64,000 nucleotides of DNA from Balanoglossus misakiensis (Eukaryota; Animalia; Hemichordata). Where the stretch lies: NCBI GenBank assembly GCA_040954595.2, contig CM082595.2, forward strand, positions 2,589,943 to 2,653,942, written 5' to 3'. Shown here piece by piece: positions 14,397 to 26,657 of this stretch. The notes under the pieces were generated by a model. That model worked only from the letters and a program-made list of their open reading frames with translations. It was not told the DNA's origin and ran no database searches. Position 1 is the first letter of the stretch, and each line of letters opens with the position of its first letter. A program made the position numbers and the translations under genes.

Positions 14397-16966
14397 GTGC
14401 ATTTCAGTTTCACCGTCAAATTCATGGAAGACCACGGTTGGGACCACAGGACAGTGATATAAGTTAAAATTAGAATGATCTAACTTATCAGAGTGGTAAT
14501 TCTGGCCAAAACAAAAAAAGTTGACTCATTGTACAATGTCTTCTCTCAGTTACATGTACAGGCACTGAAAAATGGACCACAGTACAGTGTAAAAGATACC
14601 ACCATTCTAATGACATACTGGTACATCAACTGATGGCCGATAACATCTGACCCCCTTACGACAAACGCTTGTCAAGTGCTTTTTCAGCCCTACAAGGGTT
14701 TCTCAGAGTCGGCTGTTGTCAATTAGAAGAATGTATAGTTCCGGTATCATGACCCGCTCACCTACTGACAGCACCAGAGGGGTTTGTGGTCTTTGTTTGA
14801 GCAAATATAGCCAAGTATCATGTACAAGCCTACGGTTAACCGAGAAAAATTGTGGTTTCGTTCTGAGAAGTAGCCTGTAGCCTTCTATGATTGGCAAACT
14901 TACAGAAGAGTGCAGAGAAGATAACATTTAACAGGGAGATGTGGGTCTCCTTCAAGTCGAGTCTCTGATCGGAAATTGACATCTGCCATCGTTAAAATTG
15001 ACACACTTGCACTTCTGGACAGCAGCTTGTACAACACACAAGTGCAAGCAACTGTCCAGAGTCATTACATTATTATTATTTTAATGACCCGAGCAGGTCA
15101 GAGGACGGATGCAATCTGAGTTGACACTGAGCCTATTAGTGGAAGGAATGTCAAAGTCATAAATCAAGGTCGGGTTTTACATCACACAGACTCCTCAGTC
15201 ATTATCACATGGCTGCTATCAACCCGGAATTTCCCGTTTATAAATAACATCATGTAGGGTGCCCCACAGATTTGAGGATTGATCTGGCTTTTCCGGTCCT
15301 AAGCACTCAATAACCACGCAAATGTTACGCTTAACATCTGGCAAATTTGAGAAATAAAACTTTTAGAAAAGAAACCAGAAGATATTACTCATGTAGTAAA
15401 ATGTGTCAGCCTGACATTGTACAAATGTACATTGCTATTTTCTATTAATTGTATTAAGGTTATTTGTTGTTTGTTATTTTTTTTTTTTATTGTCTGTCTG
15501 TCTATCTCTTTAATCTTTATTTACTTGTCACATGTATATGTTTAGTAATAGTTAACTACATGTAGTTAGAAACCTATTTTACAAAATGCAGATGATAGTT
15601 GAACACCCTTCTGTCTCTAACAGTACATTAGGAAGTTTGTGTATAATGGGATTATCACCAGTATGTTTTAAATAATTAAATTATAAATATCTATAATTGG
15701 ATTACTAATTTTGCACCCCTGGGAATGGAACTAATCAAATCCCTCAGATCATTGGAGTTAAATGACAGTCTGACTTGGGTTTTTGCCATGTTCATAGGGG
15801 AAAATACAAGTTGTGGAAAAGTGAATTCAAGTCCGGACTTGAAATCAACAATAACAATGGCCATTGCTACAGGCTCTATTGAGAAGCTATACTGAAGCCT
15901 TAAAATTTCGTAACGCTATCCCAAGTATAGCAAAAAACTGAAGTTGATACATGGGGGAAAATACGGAAAAAAATAACCAAAAGTTAGAGTTACTGAAGCT
16001 TGAATACAAGTACGAAATGCTATATTGACAGAGGCAATGAAAAGACACATATGTTTCTAGATTGTGGATAAAGAACATGCAAGTCAGATGACCAGTGGCC
16101 TTGAATAAAAATAGTTCAGTTGATTGAACTTGCTAATTTAATGCATTGATTAACTCTAGAGCATAGACACACCTTGCAATTTGGACATCACACCCCAATT
16201 AGCAGTGAAAGGGATTGCTTAGAGCATAGCTAGCTGCATACAATTGTAGAACTGTTTGAATGTAGCCATCCCATGAATTCTTGTGAGATATCACTGGCAT
16301 CGTTTCAATGCAACCAAACAAAACTCAACTACTGGGTATGCAGTGATTACCCAATAAATAACCTGAATTATCTTGGAATAATCAGATACTGTATTAATGT
16401 GAACAGAAACCAACGACTGCGAAACAAACCCCAACTGAAATTCACTCACAAAGACAAATTCGAAAACTACGCTCAAAGCTGGTTTCGACAACGGTCTATT
16501 TTATTACAGCAGAGTATGGGCCCAGCTGCAGTTCAGTAGCCGAGGTTCTGTCTGTTATTGTATGGGAGGAAAACCCTGGTTTTGCCGTCTGACCCAAAAA
16601 CAAACAGGCAAAAAGTCGAGCTACTGAACTGCAGACATTGGACTTTTCATGGACAGTAGTAATAACCCTTGAACACGTGCAGCGCCATGTCACGAAGACA
16701 ACCCGAAACAAATTCTCAAGTGAAATTGCGTCGGGTTGTTTTCGACAGTTCAAAAAGCATGACAACACGTGAAAGTGACAAAGCTTACAAATGAATACAA
16801 AACAATTGAATTAAGGTGAAACAATTCACACACGTTACACAGTGTTACATAACAACTCAGAGACAGGGCGACCTCTGCATGCCACGCGCACGAGCACGTA
16901 TGGGTTTCGAGCGTGTAACATGCAAATGATACGCCGAGTGTACCAATCGAAAAGAAACCTGCTCAC

Positions 16967-17360
16967 CTGTATATATCGATGACAATAACAGGAATTTCTA
17001 CCACCAAGTCGGCCACACGCGTCTTCTTAACACGTTTAACACTTTACTCTTCACAAGAAACAACAAAGACATGCGTTGCTGACCTGTTAACGTCGTTCAC
17101 TTAGTCTCGTTCACACCTCCCAATGTTTCAAACTTGTTGAGTGATTGGCGACTGCTGACATGTAACTTTAAAAAGTGGTGTCCCGCTTTATACAGCTACC
17201 AAAAACAAGTAAAACGGAGCCATTTATCCCGAGGAAGATTCCTTAGACGAGGTTTCTCGACACAGCAAGAATTGAGAGAACAGTGTGGGGAAAGGAGACC
17301 AAAATCAGACGAACAGTATAATTTACAAAGCACAAACAAATGGCGCAGACGACCGGAAGT
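16967..17360 (-). promoter_or_regulatory. Probable promoter and non-coding first exon of the kinase gene (first intron about 13.4 kb)
   Basis: Strong donor CAG|GTGAGC at 16967/16966. Locally CpG-rich, with a CCAAT box near 17143-17149, YY1-like AAATGGCG near 17338 and ETS CCGGAAGT near 17353. The kinase ATG exon begins with an acceptor at 3519, so an upstream exon is required. Confidence 0.5.
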
Positions 17361-17786
17361 TAAATTATTGTAGCCAGATTCGTTGGGCATTATGGGTATA
17401 TTATTTAATAGGAGGGGTCGTGTCTTCTGAATTTACATGTATTCACAAAAGTTTGAAAACAAAATTAAAGTAAACATATATTTATAAGCAGGTATCGATT
17501 AATACTCCCTCTAAACAACCTGAATTATCTTGGAATAATCAGATACTGTATTAATGTGAACAGAAACCAAAAAATGACCAAATTTTGAAAATGCTCAAAG
17601 TCGAAAATTGTCATTTTTTGATGATTTTCATGAGCTATAACCCATGTTTTTTTCAAAATATGACCAAATTTTGAAAATTCGCAAAGTCGAAAAATTGTCA
17701 TTTCTGGATGATTTTCATGAGCTATAACCCATGATTTTTATCAAAAAATGACCAAATTTTGAAAATTCCCAAAGTCGAAAAATTGG

Positions 17787-20700
17787 AGTTATGCTGCAAT
17801 ATAGTGCGGAAAATTTCCAACTTTTTCCAGAAAACCTCTTAATGGCGAAGGGTTCAGGAAGGCTAGCCTTTTACCTGAAGGTGACAACTGATGTTGGTTC
17901 GAGACCACTTTTTTTCTATTTCTTTTTTTTTGTGAGAACTTTTAACGACAATATCTTTGTAATTTTTATCATTTTCATAAATCCAATTCATTTCAATATC
18001 TACACTGCGTTTTTTATCTGTCGGGTATAAGAAACATGCAGAAAAACTTGGTCATTTTTTTTGTCGCGGTTCACTTGGGCAAGTCTGAATACGGGAGTAC
18101 TCAGCAGAGAGAAAGATAAACTCGCTAAAACCATGTCTTTCCGTCCGCATAACCAACCAAGGAGCGAAAAAGTTGTTATTTCGGCCGTAATAAAACGTTT
18201 TTGTCGCCGAGGAGTAAATAAAGAACGGTCAGATCGTTGCGGCGGCAGGGAACTCTTATTCGCACCGCTGCGGTGCAAACTCTTATTTGCACCGCTGCGG
18301 TGCAAATAAGAATTTGAACCGCTGCGGTGCAAATAAGATCATTGGTGTTATGCTGCAATATAGTGCGGAAAATTTCCGACTTTTAGAGAACACGTATGAT
18401 GGCGAAGGGCTTAGGAAGGCTAGCCTTTTACCTGAAGGTGTCAACTGATGTTGGTTCGAGACCACTTTTTTTTCTATTTCTTTTTTTTTTTGTGAGAACT
18501 TTTAACGACATTATCTTTGTAATTTTTATCATTTTCATAAATCCAATTCATTTCAATATCTACGCTGCGTTTTTTATCTGTCGGGTATAAGAAACATGCA
18601 GAAAAACTTGGTCATTTTTTTTTGTCGCGGTTCACTTGGGCAAGTCTGAATATGGGAGTACTCAGCAGAGAGAAAGATAAACTCGCTAAAACCATGTCTT
18701 TCCGTCCGCATGACCAACCAAGGAGCGAAAAAGTTGTTATTTCGGCCGTAATAAAACGTTTTTGTCGCCGAGGAGTAAATAAAGAACGGTCAGATCGTTG
18801 CGGCGGCAGGGAACTCTTATTCGCACCGCTGCGGTGCAAACTCTTATTTGCACCGCTGCGGTGCAAATAAGAATTTGAACCGCTGCGGTGCAAATAAGAT
18901 CATTGGTGTTATGCTGCAATATAGTGCGGAAAATTTCCGACTTTTAGAGAACACGTATGATGGCGAAGGGCTTAGGAAGGCTAGCCTTTTACCTGAAGGT
19001 GTCAACTGATGTTGGTTCGAGACCACTTTTTTTTCTATTACTTTTTTTTTTGAGAACTTTCAACGACATTATCATTGTAATTTTTATCATTTTCATAAAT
19101 CCAATTCATTTCAATATCTACGCTGCGTTTTTTATCTGTCGGGTATAAGAAACATGCAGAAAAACTTGGTCATTTTTTTGTCGCGGTTCACTTGGGCAAG
19201 TCTGAATATGGGAGTACTCAGCAGAGAGAAAGATAAACTCGCTAAAACCATGTCTTTCCGTCCGCATAACCAACCAAGGAGCGAAAAAGTTGTTATTTCG
19301 GCCGTAATAAAACGTTTTTGTCGCCGAGGAGTAAATAAAGAACGGTCAGATCGTTGGCAGGGAACTCTTATTCGCACCGCTGCGGTGCAAACTCTTATTT
19401 GCACCGCTGCGGTGCAAATAAGAATTTGAACCGCTGCGGTGCAAATAAGATCATTGGTGTTATGCTGCAATATAGTGCGGAAAATTTCCGACTTTTAGAG
19501 AACACGTATGATGGCGAAGGGCTTAGGAAGGCTAGCCTTTTACCTGAAGGTGTCAACTGATGTTGGTTCGAGACCACTTTTTTTTCTATTTCTTTTTTTT
19601 TTTGAGAACTTTTAACGACATTATCTTTGTAATTTTTATCATTTTCATAAATCCAATTCATTTCAATATCTACGCTGCGTTTTTTATCTGTCGGGTATAA
19701 GAAACATGCAGAAAAACTTGGTCATTTTTTTTTTGTCGCGGTTCACTTGGGCAAGTCTGAATATGGGAGTACTCAGCAGAGAGAAAGATAAACTCGCTAA
19801 AACCATGTCTTTCCGTCCGCATGACCAACCAAGGAGCGAAAAAGTTGTTATTTCGGCCGTAATAAAACGTTTTTGTCGCCGAGGAGTAAATAAAGAACGG
19901 TCAGATCGTTGCGGCGGCAGGGAACTCTTATTCGCACCGCTGCGGTGCAAACTCTTATTTGCACCGCTGCGGTGCAAACTCTTATTTGCACCGCTGCGGT
20001 GCAAATAAGAATTTGAACCGCTGCGGTGCAAATAAGATCATTGGTGTTATGCTGCAATATAGTGCGGAAAATTTCCGACTTTTAGAGAACACGTATGATG
20101 GCGAAGGGCTTAGGAAGGCTAGCCTTTTACCTGAAGGTGTCAACTGATGTTGGTTCGAGACCACTTTTTTTTCTATTTCTTTTTTTTTGTGAGAACTTTT
20201 AACGACATTATCTTTGTAATTTTTATCATTTTCATAAATCCAATTCATTTCAATATCTACGCTGCGTTTTTTATCTGTCGGGTATAAGAAACATGCAGAA
20301 AAACTTGGTCATTTTTTTTTTGTCGCGGTTCACTTGGGCAAGTCTGAATATGGGAGTACTCAGCAGAGAGAAAGATAAACTCGCTAAAACCATGTCTTTC
20401 CGTCCGCATGACCAACCAAGGAGCGAAAAAGTTGTTATTTCGGCCGTAATAAAACGTTTTTGTCGCCGAGGAGTAAATAAAGAACGGTCAGATCGTTGCG
20501 GCGGCAGGGAACTCTTATTCGCACCGCTGCGGTGCAAACTCTTATTTGCACCGCTGCGGTGCAAATAAGAATTTGAACCGCTGCGGTGCAAATAAGATCA
20601 TTAGTGTTATGCTGCAATATAGTGCGGAAAATTTCCGACTTTTAGAGAACACGTATGATGGCGAAGGGCTTAGGAAGGCTAGCCTTTTACCTGAAGGTGT

Positions 20701-21118
20701 CAACTGATGTTGGTTCGAGACCACTTTTTTTTCTATTACTTTTTTTTTGTGAGAACTTTTAACGACATTATCATTGTAATTTTTATCATTTTCATAAATC
20801 CAATTCATTTCAATATCTACGCTACGTTTTTTATCTGTCGGGTATAAGAAACATGCAGAAAAACTTGGTCATTTTTTTGTCGCGGTTCACTTGGGCAAGT
20901 CTGAATATGGGAGTACTCAGCAGAGAGAAAGATAAACTCGCTAAAACCATGTCTTTCCGTCCGCATAACCAACCAAGGAGCGAAAAAGTTGTTATTTCGG
21001 CCGTAATAAAACGTTTTTGTCGCCGAGGAGTAAATAAAGAACGGTCAGATCGTTGGCAGGGAACTCTTATTCGCACCGCTGCGGTGCCGGGAACTCTTAT
21101 TTGCACCGCTGCGGTGAT
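17787..21118. repeat. Tandem array of six ~560-bp units
   Basis: Marker ATGCTGCAAT at 17791, 18350, 18911, 19462, 20049 and 20609 (periods 559, 561, 551, 587, 560); units are near-identical. Confidence 0.97.
18393..18473 (+). ncRNA. tRNA-like Pol III cassette (tRNA-Lys(UUU)-like/SINE-head-like), one per array unit
   Basis: A-box-like TGGCGAAGGGC at 18400-18410, CTTTTA anticodon-like loop, B box GGTTCGAGACC at 18453-18463 in a T-loop hairpin, T8 run at 18466-18473. No acceptor stem, so it is not a canonical tRNA. Confidence 0.45.
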
Positions 21119-23169
21119 AATTTTTCGACTTTGGGAATGTTCAAAATTTGGCCATTTTTTGATAAAAATCATGGTTTATAGCTCATGAAAATAATCCAGA
21201 AATGACAATTTTTCGACTTTGCGAATTTTCAAAATTTGGGCATTTTTTGAAAAAAAACCATGGGTTATAGCACATGAAAATAATCCAGAAATGACAATTT
21301 TTCGACTTTGCGAATTTTCAAAATTTGGTCATTTTTTGAAAAAAAAACATGGGTTATAGCTCAGGAAAATCATCCAGAATTGACAATTTTTCGACTTTGC
21401 GAATTTTCAAAATTTGGTCATATTTTGAAAAATGATGATGATGATGATGATGATTGGCATAAACAAATACATATTTCTTTATTAATAAATATGGTTTGTT
21501 GACATGTAAGTGTTAGGGTATTATCAACGGTTAGAGTCAGTGTTGGCATTTTTTTTTTTGATCCACGGCCCCGGACATATCGCAAAAGTGATGTCATGTT
21601 TACAAGGTGACCTTTGACCTTTTAAGCAAGGGGGCGCTGAGCTCAAATTTTATGAATACAAATTACCATTTATAACTATTGTAATTCAAATAATGCTGTG
21701 TTATTACCAACACAAAGCGAATCACTTAGATACTGAGTTTTATAGATTTTCCTTCACAACCAGCTGACAGAGCAATCTTGCCAGCATGCGTATTCAAAAG
21801 TGCTCCGAAGATTAATTCGCACCAATATACACATTTTGCTTTTATAATTTTCATTTTTTTTTTATTTATACAATGTATATTTTCCCTCATATTCAGCTTC
21901 TGAAATATTACACAAAATTCCCTCTGATACCCATCTATAGTACATACATTTCAGTAATTGTTTACAAGAATTTGCATTTAGTGTATTCACATATGCTTCA
22001 TACCGATAGTGCCTAGACGTAGGTTGGTAAAATTTCCAAAGAGAAAAAAGGTTTATGTGTTTGATATTGCATGTAAATGAATTGCAAATAAAATAACAAA
22101 TGCAATGACTTTTTGGCAGTGTTACAATGATAAAAATAACCGATTAATTTATCCTTCTCTTAAATAAATAATAATTGGGAGAAGGCTTAAGCTAAGTCTA
22201 AAAATAAGACATACAATAAATATGTGAAATTCTAGAAACTATGAAAACAAATAGAACATGGCATCAACATGGTGTAAATTTCTGACTGTGGAAATATAAA
22301 ACAAGACAACATAAAAGTAAATAAAATGGATACAAGTCTACTCAGTGTCTTGTCATGCTAAATGATTTTAATGAAGTATACAAATGTTTCAGAACTACGC
22401 TCCAAATTTCCTGTGAGTATGAAATATATGTTGTCATCTCATGACTCAACAAGTTATAACTTCTATCAGTTTCCCATTTCTTGCATGTATTTAGTATTTC
22501 GCATAATTAGAATGCATGTTGTCCAGAATATTACAGTTTAGATGTAAATGTAACTGAACAAAGGAACTATCATTTTCCCAGTTGTTATCAAACATGTCAT
22601 GGATAAGCAGTCTGGCAACACATGAAAGAAATTCCCTCATTTCAGTGACACCAGCTTTGAAAACATACACTCCCGTCAAGAAGCAACCTGCTACCAACCG
22701 TCATAATCCCAACAAATAAATTAAATCAGTTCAGTCAAACCCTGGGTCTGTCGGTCACTTTAGCAGTGCATCTCAAAGACTGGCAGGCTAAAGAAAGAAA
22801 AGAAAAAGAAATAAAAATCACATCAGACAATAAATGTTGTGCAAGGTTATTTTTCTTAATGCCTATGATATACATGCATGTATGTACATGTACATGTATG
22901 TGTGTATGTATGTATGTGTGCATTTTGCTTTTGCTTTTTTTGTTGTTTTTGTTGTTTTGTTTTGTGTTATAATCCTTGGGTCCCCACATGCCATTTTACA
23001 TCCATCTACTGCCTGGGCATTTCACTTAACTAAATTGTTGAGATAAATGATTTAGGCAGATTTTATGGATTTAAATCTGAAGTACATGTATATATTTGTT
23101 GAACTTTAGTTATTTAGTTATTTATTCATCAAGCTATTTATCCGAGACAATTATGTTCCTATTGTTTAG

Positions 23170-26100
23170 TCAAAGCGTTAGTATCCTAACAAACGCCTTC
23201 CTTGAACTGAATGCATAGGAATCAATATGGCTACCTAAACAGGCAAATTTGACAAGCTTCGGTTTCCACGGAAACCCCTTCTGAATGGCCAAGATGGAAT
23301 CATGGGTTTGCGAGATAGAAGACTTAACAATGGGCATGGTGGGAGGTAGCTGGTCGCCATAGGAGACGTCACCCTTAAGACTGGTGAGCTCATCAGCCAT
23401 TCCAGCAATGATGCTCCACGCATAAAAGATGTCATCATCGCAGGCATTTTCAGCACAAACCGCAAATCTGATGACGTGTCTATCATCCAGGGAAGCCGGC
23501 ACCATATGAAGTTCTCCCGAGTCATTTACTTTCTTGAGTAACTTCTTGGTGAGTGAGTTGTCACCCTTCGAGAAACAAAATATTGTATTCCATTAATTTC
23601 TTAAACCACTTTCATACAGAAACACAACATACCAAAAATGACATCACCAACAACTTCAAGTGGTACAATTATAGGTAAACATGGACAGGACACGACTCAA
23701 TGCTAAATCTGAACGGGTATGGGTTACAACCCATTAATAGGCCAGGAGACAGCAAAATTGGACAGAATCAGGTAACCAAAACACCCATACCTACAAATAC
23801 GTGTATACAGTTTTCTACAACAACTGTACAATATACACTCTGTGGCTATTCCATACAGCATGTGGACACAACAGCTATTTTAATACTTCTGACGTATCAC
23901 AGGTAGGATATTGCATTGAGGGCTATATACATAAATCTTAGTCACCTTCAAACGGAAGCACACCAAACCGAAAATGACATCACCGACAACTTCAAATCGA
24001 TTATCAGTGCGCACCAAGCTCTCGAACTTCTTAGCAAGTTTGACGTGCTGTATCAGTATATTATAAGACATAAGAGAAGACAATCATAGGGTTGCTAGCC
24101 GCAATTTTAGTTTTCAGCGAATACTACACACAGTACTTTCTGATAAATCATTATCATCATCATCATCGAATCTTAATGATTTCAATATTTTAACTGTAAA
24201 TTATTGTAGACTAATGTACATGTACCTCACATTTCACAAATGTCTTAATGATATGTAGAATACGTCATCTAGATGTGATATGAAAATATACATACCCTTC
24301 TGATGTATTTTCTGAGACCTTCTATACCATAGGACCGAATAACAAACCATAACTTTAGTGAACGGAAACGTCTACTTAGAGGAATTCCCCAATGCTGAAA
24401 GAAAGATTGAACATTTACAAATTAATACATAATATACATTATCTGCAGTTTTTGACAAAATTATTGAGGCTATATAGTTGATTCAATCCACTGTCAATGG
24501 CCAGGGTGATGCAAGGACAAAACTAAGGTCATAATACTATATCAAAAATACTTACCCTATAGTCAATTGCCACACCTGAATAGTACATAAAAAACAATGT
24601 GAAATTATGTTTAGTTGATGGTATTTGATTTCTGTCTGTATGTGTCTGTCTGTGACATTAAGAACAGCTGATCAGCTTGTACCAAATTTACTGAGGTCTG
24701 ACAACAATGTAACTAATATGATTTAACTGCTAATTTTTATAATTCAATTGATAATGGTTAATGAAATAGCCTCTTACCTTCATTTTCGTGTTTCAGGTAA
24801 ACCGGGTCCACGTTAAAAGCGTCAATTAACAGGGATGTATCCTCTACCCTGCGAGAAGAAATCAAATCAGCCATTATTATGAATCATACATAACACTCAA
24901 ACTTTGGTGCTGTGTTGTAAATTTAAGAGAGAATAATTGAACATTGCCTAGAGCAAAATATGAGAAAAAAGTTTTTAAGACTTTGACAAGTTTATCACTT
25001 ACCACAGCAGAGAACAGTCGAAATTAACCAGCATCCATTTATTGGGGTTGATGTTGATTGACGTCACATGCTGATATGATAAAGAGAACATCAAATAAAT
25101 GGTTGCCTCAGACTTTTATTGGTAAACTGTCAGTTCCTAAAATATATGTTTGTCATCAACAGATAAAAAGTGACAGTACATTGATGAAGTGTGTGGTGTG
25201 CACAGACATGTAGAAATTTTGATCATCAATAACATATACAAAGAGAGAATGACTGATTGACTTAATGTCTGATAGAGACACGCAGGCAGACAGTGAGACA
25301 GACAGACAGATAGATGTATAGGCATGTAGTAGGTATGTAACTGGGTTGCTGGATAGATAGATAATTTAGAAATGTACATGTACATACATGTGTCGACATG
25401 TACATTATAACATACATTGTACATACATACATGTACATACATGTACAATCATAAAATGATTAATAGATGGATTTCATTGCATTATCGACAGAGTGACAGA
25501 ACCGGAATAAATAAGATCAGGAAAACATTCCAAAACACCTGCCGAGAAAGGCCAGACTGTCAAGTTTTGCGTGGGTTTGAATCTCGTTTCGCGGTTTCTG
25601 TAAATGAATTGGTGTATTATCAGCTCTTACCTCAATGCCGTCGATCAAATGTCGAAACTCTGGACAGATTAGAGCGCTTCCTGCGTAGGCAGCATCCACG
25701 TTTAGCCATACGTCATGTTGACGACAGAGAGGGCCTAATTCTTGAAGGTTGTCAATTGCACATGACGCTGTGCTGCCAAATGTGGCAGAAACCTGTATTG
25801 TTGAGAGAATATTATCATGATACTCGCTTTCAATCAATTCTATTTTGAGAATGAAATGAACATTAAGATGTATTCATCTCACCCAGCTATTAGGTTTCCA
25901 TGCAAATAATTGTTCGATGCTGATAAATGCTTTTCCCAGTCTGAAATGTACATATTCATCTGACTCATCTATCAGTGGTCCATGCAAATGAGTTGGTGTA
26001 TGCAGACAAGGTGCATAAGTCAATGTACGGTTTCTCATCTCTCTACTCAAGATATTTACAGTGTTAGCTAAAATCTTTCCACAATTGTGCAGTTTTACAC

Positions 26101-26620
26101 TGACATAATACTTTTGAGAATTTCTGGATAAGAATTCATGGCCTGCACATTTTTTGGGTCTTGACTCTGGTAATAATACTCACGAAAAACGGATACAGCC
26201 CCTTTTCTCTGTCGCTCTGTAAAGAAAAGGAGACAAGAATAGTTTTCCTGAATTGTTAACAAACTAAATGTCGATATAGACACATCATCCTTCTGTATGA
26301 CATCCAAATCCTTCTGAGCTTGTACATGAATGTATTTAGGATGGGTTAAGATATAAGGTAAATAAGTACATTTATTTGTACACAAATCCAAAAGCAAATA
26401 ATCTACCTTCATGGCTCTTGCAAGAGTTTCTCCTCTAAGTGCAAACTTGTGATCTGTGTCCAGTTGTCTCATCTTAACGAATGCTATTTTCCCCGCCTTT
26501 TCCACTGACGAATGGGCCTGTACAACAAATTGAAAGGCGTGAAGATATGATATACCATTTAATTATGTTACAGGAAGAATATATTTTTCAATACAATTAT
26601 ACCATTCTATTCAGTAGTTT

Positions 26621-26657
<37 letters not shown>

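Larger units (their letters stand above)
17571..21432. mobile_element. Foldback/MITE-like composite element: modular inverted arms enclosing a tandem array
   Basis: Left arm 17571-17784 (~2.5 copies of an ~87-bp unit) is the reverse complement of right arm 21119-21432 (~3.5 copies). The innermost units share the CCCAAAGTCGAAAAATT variant. Confidence 0.75.

Noticed and set aside
18393-18473. Functional tRNA genes in the array
   Set aside because: There is no acceptor stem and the anticodon stem pairs poorly; retained only as a tRNA-like cassette.
18252-21117. CRISPR-like array of palindromic ~27-bp repeats
   Set aside because: The repeats abut each other or are separated by identical sequence. 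There are no unique spacers and no cas genes, and the context is a spliced eukaryotic locus.
17791-21188. Repeated 60-115 aa ORFs in the tandem array
   Set aside because: Frames shift with homopolymer length between units and no domain is recognisable; they are a by-product of the repeat.
21608-21640. DR1 nuclear-receptor element TGACCTTTGACCT plus CTCF-like AGGGGGCGC
   Set aside because: Isolated short motifs; the CTCF match lacks its 5' CC and there is no independent support.
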